Below are positions 32,610 to 45,400 of a DNA stretch of 64,000 bases, one piece after another. Below the pieces are notes generated by a model. The model was not told the origin of the DNA and searched no databases. It saw nothing but the letters and a program-made list of their open reading frames with translations. The position numbers and the translations under genes are program-made. Source of the DNA: Epithemia pelagica (lineage: Eukaryota; Protista; Bacillariophyta); contig OX337239.1 of NCBI GenBank assembly GCA_946965045.2, positions 2,170,001-2,234,000 of the forward strand, given 5' to 3'. Position 1 is the stretch's first letter, and every line of letters begins with the position of its first letter.

Positions 32610-34925
32610 GTTCCGAATTGTTGTTGATATATGTGTATGAGTTTCTCACGTTTGAATGATGGAGAAGTCTCTCAATACGCAAGAAGAAGGAACCTTGTTG
32701 GTTGCAAGAAATGTTGTTGCAATTGTTTTGGCAGCGGTGATTGCGTAATGCAACCACAACAACTATCTCTCGACAAAGAGAAGAGACAACGACCACCAGA
32801 GGAGAACCGTGTGAATTTAAAGGATGATGCGAACAATCCAACGCGGAGAGGGACGACGTGAAACACGCTTAAGTTTGGTTCAAAGTCTTTTTTTGACCTT
32901 GATACTCGTTCTACTCCAACGGGTTGAATCGTAGACGCAACTGCTCGGCTTGTTGTCGCTGTTGTTCTGGTTCGACAATGTAGTATTTGGAAACTCCACT
33001 CACTTGTTTCGTACTGGATTGCACCGCCACTGCTGTTGCGCCATGTCTCTCTAATCTCCTCTCTCCTCCAGACTCCAGTATTGAATAATAGAATACACCT
33101 TTCCTTAGTATTGGCCCACAGGGAACGTTCTTCTCCACCGCGCTCACATTTTGCTGCCGTTGATAGCGTTGCCTCACGCCGGTCAGCATAGAAATATCTC
33201 AAAATACACATGAAATCAGTCCGATGACATCCAATATCCGATCAAACTTAGAGTACCGGCGCGCCGGTCTGCCCCTTCCCAGTGCACTTGCAGGACTACT
33301 TACAAAAGTTTAAATTAGAGAAGTACGGCAGTGACCAACGGTCCCCCCAACGAGCCCGAATGTCTGTTCAGGTCCCCCAACGACTCGTTTGGGAAGTGTT
33401 GGGAAAAGCGTTATGTTTCCGAGTACAATCTATCAACCGCACACGTTTCTGTGAGTCATTTCGAATATCTAAGAGAAAGAGAAGTCGCGCAGGACCAGCC
33501 CGTAAAAATTACAGCAGAATCCCCCATTGGGAACACGCCGGGTGAGGCGTCGTGGGAGCAGTGGGACACACACAAGACTGGGTACTGGACGACACCACCC
33601 CATAAACCATCCTGTGGCGCAACCCTAACCGATTGCTCCCGTCGTTTTCCCCACGGCATCTCGCTCTCATCATGGGACTGACAGGAGATCGACGAGGCAT
33701 TGTACACTCGGATTCGGAACTCCAGAACAAGAAGAAAGCAAGAGTCTGATTCGACTACTACAAACGAAAAGCAATAGTCTGATTCGATGGTCATGTTTTG
33801 GATGAGACTCTCCACACTCCACAGACCACCGATAAATAATGCTACTCCTTTCTCTGCATTATCAATTCTAACAAGCTTCATAGACACGATACCTTCACTG
33901 TCTAGCGGTGTAGAAAATAGTGTAGAAATAACAATCTATCAAGCTTCAAGACAACTCTGGTGAGTATCCAAGGGAACCGTTCCACATGGCAAGCTTTTTC
34001 GAATGATTGCAATCCTTTACGAGATCCTGAAGAATACAGTCATGCTTTGGGAACAAGTAATTACGTGGACCGCTGCTTATCTTATACAAGAAAATACTGG
34101 TTTTGAGGCACTCTGGTGAAGATGCAAACTACCAGTCTTTGTCTTTTCCCTTTGCCGTGGAGGGACGAGTTCGATTTTCTTTGACAAGAGGTCTCTTTGG
34201 AGTCAAAGCGGATTCGGTTCCTTTCCATTGGGTCGGCATGAATAATCCACATCGTTGACAGCGAAAGCGCCTCTCTACGTTGAGGGATGACTGTTGCTCG
34301 GATCATTCGAGAGTCGAGAGTTCCAAGCAACAGATTTTCCTCCCATCCTTAGAGCTTCATCTCCATGATTGCCATTGCATAGACTTTTGAAGAAGCGAGT
34401 GAATGGAACAAGACTTCTACCGTTTACGACCGTTAAAGTCTCTCCTAGATGGAACGACCCGGATATATAGACAAATTTTGAACGCGCAATAGCTGTTCTT
34501 CCATTCAAAATCTGAATCCTGTTCGGATACATACAGCGAGTCGCGCAGGACCCCCTCGGGAATGCGCCGGGTGAGTCGTCGTAGAAGCATCCAACCGCAA
34601 GACCAAACGGACCGACTGCATCCGATGGAACGGAAAGTTCCCGTTCTCAATCTATACGAGCTATATACGAGTGCCATTGATCACAATAACTGCATTCGAC
34701 GATTCGCTATCGTGTGGCGGGGTGGTGTACCAAAGGAAAAAACACAAGATTCCTTACACGGCCCATCACACTTTCCCTTTTGCTTCATTCTACGAAACGA
34801 AAGTCCACCAAAGGCTTTCCATTTTTAGATCTCTTGCACTCGTTGCTTCTCCTATTGTTTTGTGGTGCTTCTCTTTTCGGATACCAATATTGCGAGACAA
34901 CAAGAAACCTTGTTCTTCTCGAACC

Positions 34926-36965
34926 ATGCCGACTCACGACCATCAAGAAATGCACTCTCTTCCGGTGCCGGAAGAGGTGAAGACGGACAGTATCATTACG
35001 GCCATTCAGCGACAAGAAGAAGAAGACAGTCGCGCGGCCTTCAAAAAGACTCGTCGCCGCTCGCTCATTCTCATGGGTGTGGCGGTGGTTGCCTTTGTGG
35101 CCGTAGTGGGTTTTATGGTGGCCTTTTTCACACAAGGCGAACGAACGGAAAAATCCGTCGCTCGTGCCACGGATCAAGGACGGCAAAGTGACGTGGATCC
35201 CTCGGCTTGGGATCGAGTGATTCAGTTACTCAAAACCTATACACCCGAGGAGCAGCTTCATACATCGGGAACACCTCAAAATGCGGCTGCCAATTGGATG
35301 ACTCGACAAGTCACGAACAATGGGTTGGATGTGCCTTCGTCGGCTTCCTACGATGATGCCTTTGGATTTGTTCAACGCTATGTCTTGGCAACCTTTTACA
35401 TTGCCTTGGACGGAGACAACTGGAAATACAAGTTGAGTTTCCTCGATGTGGAAAAGTCGGTTTGCGATTGGAATGAAAGGCTCAACGTCGTACCCGGTAC
35501 ATTTGCTATGGTACCAGCCAATGATGGAGAAGAAGAAACGGGAGGATACCAGGGAGACTTTAGCAAAGAAATACTTGCCACGATTGGTGTCAAGTGTAAT
35601 GACCTGAACGAGGTTGAGTACATTTATCTTCGTAAGTCAACTGACAAGCTTGTTACCATCACGTGTGTAAGGATTCTCTAACTTTTTTCTGCCTGCATGA
35701 CCTCTCCAGCGGACAACAACCTAAACGGTGAAATCCCTCCTGAAACTGGTCTTTTGGAAGCCATGAGACACTTTTCCGTCTACTCCAATTCCATTGGCGG
35801 AACCCTGCCCAGCTCTCTCATGGAATGGAACGATTTGGAAGTCATGATTGTTGAACACAATCAGTTGACCGGAAACTTCCCGCCCTACATTAGTCAATGG
35901 TCCAACTTGCTGACAATTTCATTTGCCAACAACAAGTTTAGGGGAGACTTGCCCTCGTTTGAAGCCCTTACTCAGCTCAAGTCGGTCGCTCTCAATGGCA
36001 ACAATTTTACCGGTCCCATTGATGTCTTTAACCAAAACACACAATTGGACATCTTGTTCCTTCAAGACAATGAATTCTCGGGTGAATTCAATCCAACTCT
36101 CTTGAGTAATGTGGAACTCCAGGTCATGGATTGTTCCAATAACAAGATTACAGGAGAGCTTACGTCCGATTGGTATTCCGTCCGCATCCTGGACGTGCAC
36201 AACAACTTACTTTCGGGAAACCTCCCTGAAGTTGACGATGATGCGGAAACCGTTTACTTGTCGTTGTATGGTAATGGCCTTACTGGTGAGATTCCTGAGA
36301 GCATCGGCAACTTGTACGATTTGTACCACTTGGATCTGTCAAACAATAAGTTTACTGGTGCCATCCCCGCGACCTTGAACATGTTGACTAGTTTGGAGTA
36401 CCTGTACCTCGGCAATAACAACTTTGATCCTCAAGTGTTTCCCTATTTGGGCGAATGCGGTGATTTACAAGAGCTCTCCCTCCGATCTTGTAATTTGATT
36501 AAAGCGATGCCTCATTATATTGGCCGTCTGTTGAGACAGTTAGTCTTGTTGGATGTCTCCAACAATAGACTGGAAGGAGAAATTCGGGAAAACTTGGCGC
36601 ACGCATCCGACATGCGTTTCTTGCTTTTGGCCAACAACAACTTTACAGGAAGTGTCCCGGAACAATTTGTTTACCTGGAAAGTCTTTCTGTCTTTACCGT
36701 CGATCACAATCCCTTGTTGAGTGGATCCATGGGAGATATTTGTGACCAGGATGTGGGACCTCAAGAATTGCAACATGTTTTGACCGATTGTTCGGTGGAC
36801 TGTCCTTGTTGCGATGTATGCTGCACTGAGCAGGACACGGGTTGTGGTTCCGAAACAGTGACACCCAATCTGGGAGGGGATGGCACCTACGAACGCGTAT
36901 CCTACATCTTCAATGAAGAATTGGTCTTTTCGATCGACAATACGGAAGAGGATGGCGATGACTAG
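34926..36965 (+). CDS. Leucine-rich-repeat membrane protein (2 exons; intron 35632-35709)
   Basis: N-terminal TM helix, the diatom-type QRYVLATFYIALDG.NW...C.W cap, and plant-like LRRs (LxxLxLxxNxLxGxIP). A GT-AG intron joins the frames. Confidence 0.88.
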
Positions 36966-37461
36966 GTGGTAAAGGAACAGAAACAAGGGATAATGATGTT
37001 CATGAAAGATGTGCCATTTACGCCAACGTGAAGCGTTCCGAATTCCGCAGCCAAGGATGATCTTGATTTCAACCATCATCCTAATCCCAGGTACTATTAT
37101 TTTCAGATAAAAACAATACATGATGAAGGAAAAGTAGAGAACATAACACCAATAGCGTCTATTTGTTTTGTATGGTTCTTAATGGTTGGTCCTTCTTTAC
37201 TACCTCGGTTTTTCGTATTGTTGATTCAGATGAAGACAACTCGATGCGTCCCCGCAGGCTTGGACAGGACCTCATGAGTGCTAACGACTGTGCCAGAGAA
37301 TATTTGTCAAAAGAACAGTGACAAACCGTATCTGCTGTTATGTCAACAGGGAAATCTCAAGGGCTCAGGGTGGTGATACTGCGAATCAACAACAGGTACC
37401 GGTCACCAAACCAAAACGTCCAAACTTGGAAAACAAAAGCAAGTTTTAACATCGTTCGTTT

Positions 37462-38637
37462 TTAGCTATATTTTTGTTTCGAAGAGGTCGTATCGCCAAC
37501 AATATTGCTCTTGCCTCCATTGTCATTGCGGCTGTCCTTCGGAAGAGGTCGGTCTCGATGGACAACAATGGGGAGAGTTTCCGGTTCCAATTGGAGCGAG
37601 GGAAGCGACCCATCTTCGTCAAGGGGCCAACTGGGATTAAGACATGACGCCTTGTCGGATGGGCGATGAACCAAAGCTAACCTCAAAACGTTTACATAGG
37701 TATAACAGCTGAACACGACAAACAATCGACGATACCATACAAACTGAGATGCATGAGCAGCCATGGCCCGCCAATTCCAGCGCAATGGTTGCTGCAATCG
37801 AAACCACCATCTGGTGTCTAGAAAAGTATCAGGAGAAACTTGATTTGACTCTGTCCATGATGCTTTCGTGTCATCTCGCTTCCTTGAACGCGAGGACAAG
37901 AAGGAGGAAAAGTGTGGTACGGCTCCAAGCCACGTCAACATCAACAGAAACCAACAATAGAAGGGAAGATATTTGGCTACAACATTTGTTTCGGTTTCGA
38001 GGGTCCACACATGAGTTATGAAAATGGGCGGTAGACTCACTGTTTGGGCCGTGGATTTGTGGTAAGTAGTGTCGTCATTGTCTCTTCTACGTTGCTGGGT
38101 TTGCTTTTTATGTGAAGAAAACAAGTACTTGACTGCTGTACACGTATCGTGATGATTCACGTGTCCAGAAACACCCCCTTCATCAAAAGTGATGAACTGA
38201 ATTTCGATTGTCGTGTCCTTTTCTCTTGGATTCTGTCCAAACGACTTCTGCAGTCCTTGATGGAGGGCATACCGAATGCATTCCGCTACATGCGGTATCT
38301 TCCATGAGTTTTGGGGATGATCCAATGGCCACTGGTTGGCTACGCTACTATCTTCACCACGTACTAGGAGGAGTTTGTCAATCATGGGCAAGACAACAGT
38401 GTTCGTCCTACCATCACCAAAACACTGCCCTTCCAATTCCGTTTGTCGAGTGCTTCCCAATCCATCGTAATTTCCGGTTGTGAGACAGAGCAACCATATT
38501 TGAAAGGATTGATTCGGGGATCTTGTTTGTTGCCGCTTCTGCTGCTGCCACAATCCATACAAGGTAGGAAGAAAGAACAGACTTTCGTCATCGGGATGCG
38601 CCGTTACCAAAACATGGATTGTATTCCTGCATGTCAT
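37462..38637 (-). CDS. PIGL: N-acetylglucosaminyl-phosphatidylinositol de-N-acetylase (PIG-L family)
   Basis: TAHPDDESLFF, CLTTGNYDGLG..R..EL, ITFDEGGVSGHVNH and WFRRL-like WYRRLFVVFSCYTYVN motifs. Confidence 0.9.
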   Translation of the reverse strand: MTCRNTIHVLVTAHPDDESLFFLPTLYGLWQQQKRQQTRSPNQSFQIWLLCLTTGNYDGLGSTRQTELEGQCFGDGRTNTVVLPMIDKLLLVRGEDSSVANQWPLDHPQNSWKIPHVAECIRYALHQGLQKSFGQNPREKDTTIEIQFITFDEGGVSGHVNHHDTCTAVKYLFSSHKKQTQQRRRDNDDTTYHKSTAQTVSLPPIFITHVWTLETETNVVAKYLPFYCWFLLMLTWLGAVPHFSSFLSSRSRKRDDTKASWTESNQVSPDTFLDTRWWFRLQQPLRWNWRAMAAHASQFVWYRRLFVVFSCYTYVNVLRLALVHRPSDKASCLNPSWPLDEDGSLPSLQLEPETLPIVVHRDRPLPKDSRNDNGGKSNIVGDTTSSKQKYS

Positions 38638-39446
38638 TGTCAGTCAGTAGTCAGCCCGAACAGACAGAAGGTAAACGGACCGACAGATAGATCGACAGAC
38701 AGACGGATGGTGTGAGTGTGACATCGACGTGCGTCACACAAACTTAGCATACACGATCATTCCCGCGCAGAGGAAATTTCCTGTCAGCAAGCATGGTCAG
38801 GTCATCATTTTCGTGCATAATACAACGGATATATTTTTACCTAAGTATCAGTGTTCACTGGACCAGTTGAGTTTCTTGGCGATCGATATATTTATAAGAT
38901 TCGCCAATCTGAACGTATGTCGACTCCCATGAGCCAGGAATTTGTTTATCAACGGACATTTCGTGCTCAAATAACGGATGAGATAAAACCGTTGGCTTAA
39001 ATACCATCCATAAATCTGATGGCACGCCGGACGACGCATCGGGACGAGGCCCTGCCACTGAATCTTTTTGCACCTTCGTGACAGGTCCCCCATTTTAGCG
39101 ATGTTCCCTCATTCATATCGAGCAACGTTGTTACTCACAAAAAGCTGCTCTAAACGCAAAGAACCGCCTATCAATAGCGTCGACAAACCGGACGGGGGTA
39201 CTCGCCACTGGAAGGATTGTCTCGCTACCTCAAAAAGATCAAGATCAGCCATTTGTCATACAACAAGATAAAAGCCTTACAAACTTGTATCCCGGTGCAT
39301 TTCCGCCATCGATCGGCTCAAACCTGATTGACGATTGATTGTGACCTGAACGACGGTCTCAATACCGTATCTACAAAGCCATTGACACCTGACGGTCCAG
39401 TTCGATTCGGTTCATTCATAATCAATTCATTATTCACAACATAAAA

Positions 39447-42400
39447 ATGAAGCTGTCAGCTATTACATTTGTTCTGGCCGCTCTCGGGAACCATCATGTT
39501 GCATATGCTAGCAATCCAAAGAAGCATGGAGAGTATCGACAGCAAGATTTCTCCCAATCTCAGCGACAAGATATGGAGCAACTTCCAACGACGCAACTTG
39601 ATTCTTCCAGCGCACACGAGGGTGGCAACGAAGATGATGCCCAGTTTTGGGACCGCTTTCTCCAGGACTTCAATATCAACGGATACATAAAAAACAAACA
39701 GCCAGACCCCTGGAGCAAGAAAATGAGTCTAAGTTTCAGTCCAGCCCCTACCGATCCACCCACTGAGCCTCCTAGTAGAAATCCGAGTGAATCACCAAGC
39801 GAACGTCCAAGCGCAAGCCCAAGTGAACCACCGAGTGAGGCTCCATCAGAAGCTCCATCCAATCCACCCACGAACTTTCCCTGTGACGTTAATGTAACGA
39901 CGATTTGTGAGGACATTGATGGAACTCTTTGCGAAGACATCCCCCCGCCAAATGGAACCTGTTTTAGCGTTGCGAACCAAGCCATTGAAGTTCTCTCCTT
40001 CACGTACCTACCCGGCAATGACTGTTCCATGAGCCGTAATCAGCAATATGGAATAGCACAGTGCCAGGATCTTGCGGCGAATATTCCTGATGTCCCAGTC
40101 GAGCTCATCTGTGAGGATAATCTAGGAAACGGTATGAACGTTACTGAACAGAATATCACAGTGGATGGAGAAACGTTGTTTACAGTCACTCCGGTTGGTG
40201 GTGGGTCATTTCCTGAAGCTATCAACTGTACCATTAACAACGAAATCAATGGCCAGCCTCTTCAGTGGAACTTCATCAATACATCTGGCGCAGAACTGAA
40301 TCTGAAGGAAGCCTATGGTGCCCTTCAATTGGAATCGTGTGACGATCAAGTTTGTCTTCAAGAGGTATTTTTCCGAAGTTTCCTCGACAACATTGGAGGT
40401 GCCGATATGAACGTGACATTGGTCAACATTACCATTCCTGGACAAGATCCATATGACTTAGCCTTTTTGGTGGACAATCCGTTGGTCCCTGGAGAGCAGT
40501 TTACAGTTGTGGATATTGTGTTTTTGGATTACTGCGAGACGCAGAATATTTCGTATTGTGTCGATGTTGAGGCGGATCCACCTGTTGGAGCACCATGCTT
40601 TGATGAAGACAAGGTTGAGTTTCCAATTCTTGTTTCATGCTCTATTGAGCTCAATCTTACATGTGTCGAAGAGTCGAGTGGTTTGCCATGTGACGAAATC
40701 CCTGTAATTTCCAACCCTCAATGTGAATGTCCAGAAGGATGTTCTACCGAGTTGGAGTTTCGTTTCACGGGTAACGCTTGTGTTGACGATCCTACTTACG
40801 ACTGCACCTTTGATGGGACGATTAATCAGAGCGGTGGAACCGTTAGTGTGGCGACAGACCCGAACTTTGTAGCTGGCAGTGTTCTTTTCAACGAAATTGT
40901 TGGACCTGGCGGCAGGGTGTCCGTCTTCAACAACCTTCTTTGCATTGAAGATACATTGTACATCAATGTTTTTACAACAACGGGAAATCAGCGGATGACG
41001 CTACGAACAGATTGTACCAGTGGAGCAGGTCTCCCCTTGGCGCAACCTGTTGGGGCTCTAGACTTTGTTGGATTCACGTGTGATAACACTCTTGAAATTG
41101 ATTGCTTCTCGAATGTTGTCCTGGATACTTGTGCCATCAACCAAGGAACAGATGACCTTTTCTTGACGCTCTTCACAGTTGGAATCAGAGGCCAAGAAGC
41201 TTTCAATCTTTTGAATCCGCCTGTGTTGCTGGAACCTGGCGACGCAACGTGTGAGCAAGCCATCACAGAAATTTTCAAGTGTAACGACACTGAGTATGTA
41301 GTCGAGGCCATTGTTGAGGCTAACGATACCTCGGCTACGGGATGTGAGGATACCGCGCTACTTCCTTTTACTATTGCATCAGGTACTGTGGCTCCAAGTT
41401 CAAGTCCCAGTGACCAACCGACCGAAGTTCCATCTGAAGCTCCATCCATTCCACCCACGAACTTTCCCTGTGACGTTAATGTAACGACGATTTGTGAGGA
41501 CATTGATGGAACTCTTTGCGAAGACATCCCCCCGCCAAATGGAACCTGTTTTAGCGTTGCGAACCAAGCCATTGAAGTTCTCTCCTTCACGTACCTACCC
41601 GGCAATGACTGTTCCATGAGCCGTAATCAGCAATATGGAATAGCACAGTGCCAGGATCTTGCGGCGAATCTTCCTGATGTCCCAGTCGAGCTCATCTGTG
41701 AGGATAATCTAGGAAACGGTATGAACGTTACTGAACAGAATATCACAGTGGATGGAGAAACGTTGTTTACAGTCACTCCGGTTGGTGGTGGGTCATTTCC
41801 TGAAGCTATCAACTGTACCATTAACAACGAAATCAATGGCCAGCCTCTTCAGTGGAACTTCATCAATACATCTGGCGCAGAACTGAATCTGAAGGAAGCC
41901 TATGGTGCCCTTCAATTGGAATCGTGTGACGATCAAGTTTGTCTTCAAGAGGTATTTTTCCGAAGTTTCCTCGACAACATTGGAGGTGCCGATATGAACG
42001 TGACATTGGTCAACATTACCATTCCTGGACAAGATCCATATGACTTAGCCTTTTTGGTGGACAATCCGTTGGTCCCTGGAGAGCAGTTTACAGTTGTGGA
42101 TATTGTGTTTTTGGATTACTGCGAGACGCAGAATATTTCGTATTGTGTCGATGTTGAGGCGGATCCACCTGTTGGAGCACCATGCTTTGATGAAGACAAG
42201 GTTGAGTTTCCAATTCTTGTTTCATGCTCTATTGAGCTCAATCTTACATGTGTCGAAGAGTCGAGTGGTTTGCCATGTGACGAAATCCCTGTAATTTCCA
42301 ACCCTCAATGTGAATGTCCAGAAGGATGTTCTACCGAGTTGGAGTTTCGTTTCACGGGTAACGCTTGTGTTGACGATCCTACTTACGACTGCAGTACACA

Positions 42401-45400
42401 GGGGACGATTGATACGGATGGTGGAACTGTTGTTGTGGCAACAGATCCCACTTTTCAGAATGTTCTTTTCAACCAAGCTGTCACGACAGGTACTCCGATA
42501 TCCGTTGCCAACCCCAGCTGTGTTCCTGATGACTTATATATCAATGTTACGTTTACCGCGGGAAGTCAAAGCATTGTATTGCGTACAGCATGTTCCAGTG
42601 GAGCAGGTCTCCCCTTGGCGCAACCTGTTGGGGCTCTAGACTTTGTTGGATTCACGTGTGATAACACTCTTGAAATTGATTGCTTCTCGAATGTTGTCCT
42701 GGATACTTGTGCCATCAACCAAGGAACAGATGACCTTTTCTTGACGCTCTTCACAGTTGGAATCAGAGGCCAAGAAGTTTTCAATCTTTTGAATCCGCCT
42801 TTTTTGCTGGAACCCGGCGACGCAACGTGTGAGCAAGCCATCACAGAAATTTTCAAGTGTAACGACACTGAGTATGTAGTCGAGGCCATTGTTGAGGCTA
42901 ACGATACCTCGGCTACGGGATGTGAGGACACCGCGCTACTTCCTTTTACTATTGCATCAGGTACTGTGGCTCCAAGTTCAAGTCCCAGTGACCAACCGAC
43001 CGAAGTTCCATCTGAAACTCCATCTGATCAACCAAGCGAACCGCCCTCTGATGTTCCGTCTTTATCTCCCAGTTTAAGTCCAAGTGATCCACCGAGCGAG
43101 GTTCCGTCTGTTTCTCCATCCAATCAACCAAGTGATCCTCCGAGTGAGAGTCCATCGGATGCTCCAACGGCTCCTCCTACCGGGTTTTGTCTTGTTGACG
43201 TTGACATCGTTTGCGATGTAACAAGTGATGGAACAATTACCTGTGCAGGACTTACACCTCCTTCCACCGCACGTTGTTCCAATGGAGAGAGAATCGATAC
43301 AGTGTCATTCAAGTATCTTGGGGCATCTGGCTCGACTTGTCAAGACAGTCGAAATCAACAAGAGGCGAATTGTGAGTCTGTCTGCGTTGATTTTGGACTT
43401 CTTGTGGATACACCTGTCGATATTGAATGCTTTGACTTGATTGAGACCCCTTTGATTGTTGAACCTACATCGGTTCTTCCTGGAGAGATTTTCACCGTCA
43501 CTGAGAATCCGTCGAGTGGAGGACCACCTTTGATGCAAAAGATCAATTGTACAATTTCCTCAGGTGGAACAATTCTGCAGTACAATGTGATGGACGTGTC
43601 GGGTGACGTTGAGTTGGACCTACAAGAACAATACGGTGGTTTGGAACTTGAGAAATGTGATGGACTGACATGCTTCCAAATTGTCGACCTCGTGACTACA
43701 ATTAACAATACTGGGGCGATTGAAATGAACATTACAGTTGCGGATGAAACACTGCTTGGCGTCACCACAAGCGTTCTCGCTAATCTTACTGGTCCATGGG
43801 GTGATAATCCGTATCTCCTACAACCTGGAGAAAGTGCCGAGCTTCAAAGAGATGATTTGGTTGTTGATCTTTGTGAAACAGGAGACTTTGTGTATCAGCT
43901 CGACGCCGAGGCTGACCCACCTAACGGAGTGGAGTGCAATGACACAGATTTGATCACGCTTTCTTTCGCACCACAGTGTATTGTCGACACCAACCTCACA
44001 TGTACCTACCTCGAGACTGGCGGTGACTGTAACTCCATCCCAGATTTCAACTCCCCGGACTGTGATTGTGATGGAAGCTGTGCAACGGAAATGTTGTTCC
44101 GATATGTGCCACGCACATGTGACCAGTCTCCACCAGACAGTGCATTTGCGGTCGAATGTACACAGTTGTTGGACCAAATGCCAACCAATCCAAATATTTT
44201 GGTTGTCTTCAACGCAACGTTGGCTTATTACGAAGGCACCAATGTCACCTCAGAAACAAATATTTTCTTACGTGCACCGGATGGCGGTTGCATTGCCGAG
44301 CCTGTGAACGTGTTGATCCAAAACGAGATCGGAGTTCCGGCACAGGTGTTCACACTGACACCAGGCTGCAGCAACAACGATGAACGGTCAATTGGATTGA
44401 CAGATAGCTACGCGTCTTTTGATTTTTTCGGTTTCACCTGCCAAAACAGTCCTCCTCAAAACTGTTTCACGGACATTGAGTTTGAGCAATGCGCCATCAA
44501 CAATGGTGTGATCAATCTCACTCTGACCCAGCTCGATTTGACGTTTGAAGGTTCCGTGAATAACCTTCTCGATGATCCAACTGTAGTGCGTGATCTCGAA
44601 CCAGGACAAGCCACCTGTGCAAGTCCAGTCGGCTATGAGATTTATCTGTGTGACGGAGGAACATACACGGCCAATGGGTTCGTGGAAGCGAACGATACAT
44701 CAGGTAGCACCTGTTTTGGAGATGCTGAACTTACCAATATCGATCCCAATCGTCCGACCTTCCCACCAACGCTCTTCCCAACAGAAGTTCCCAGTCCCAC
44801 TCCGTCCATGGCTCCGTCAATGGTTCCCTCTACGTCGCCCACTGAGAATTGTGACTTGGTCATTGACTTGAACTGTACAGGATGTGATATCAACGTGACG
44901 AATCTTCCTAATTGTACCGATCGGCCGTTTTTGGTTGGAATGCTTTTCCGAGGAGGCGACTGTTCCGAGAACAACTTTACACAACCAATTGACCGAGTGA
45001 CATGTGGCGATTTCCCTCAGAATGGAGAAGTTCCCAAACTTGGAAGTAACGAAACCGTATTCATCAGAGCCAACGCAGATCCGAAAGACGAGATCGGCGG
45101 CACTGGAGGAGATGACGAAACATTGCTTTTTGAGGGCCTGGTGACTGAGGGAAGTGTGTACTTTCTTTACGATAATGGTGAAGATATGCCTGCGGACACA
45201 CAGATCCGAATTTATCCAGCAGAGGGTCCACAAAACCCTTCAACCATTTTACAAGATGTTCGCTTCCATGCGTCTTGTTCACAACCTCTTTTGTTGAAGA
45301 ATGTGTTTGGATCTCATCAGTTGGTCCAGTTTGAGAATGTTCCGCAAGGCAATGTGTCTTGCTTTGCAAGTATCACTTCCGACTACAGAATTACAATTCC

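Noticed and set aside
32631-34677. Protein-coding gene in the 32.6-34.7 kb interval
   Set aside because: Several 80-180-aa ORFs on both strands, none with recognisable motifs or a clear coding pattern.
40807-42595. Diversity-generating retroelement (template/variable repeat) explanation for the variable cassette
   Set aside because: The differences include indels and all base types rather than adenine-specific changes. The only RTs nearby are copia-type.
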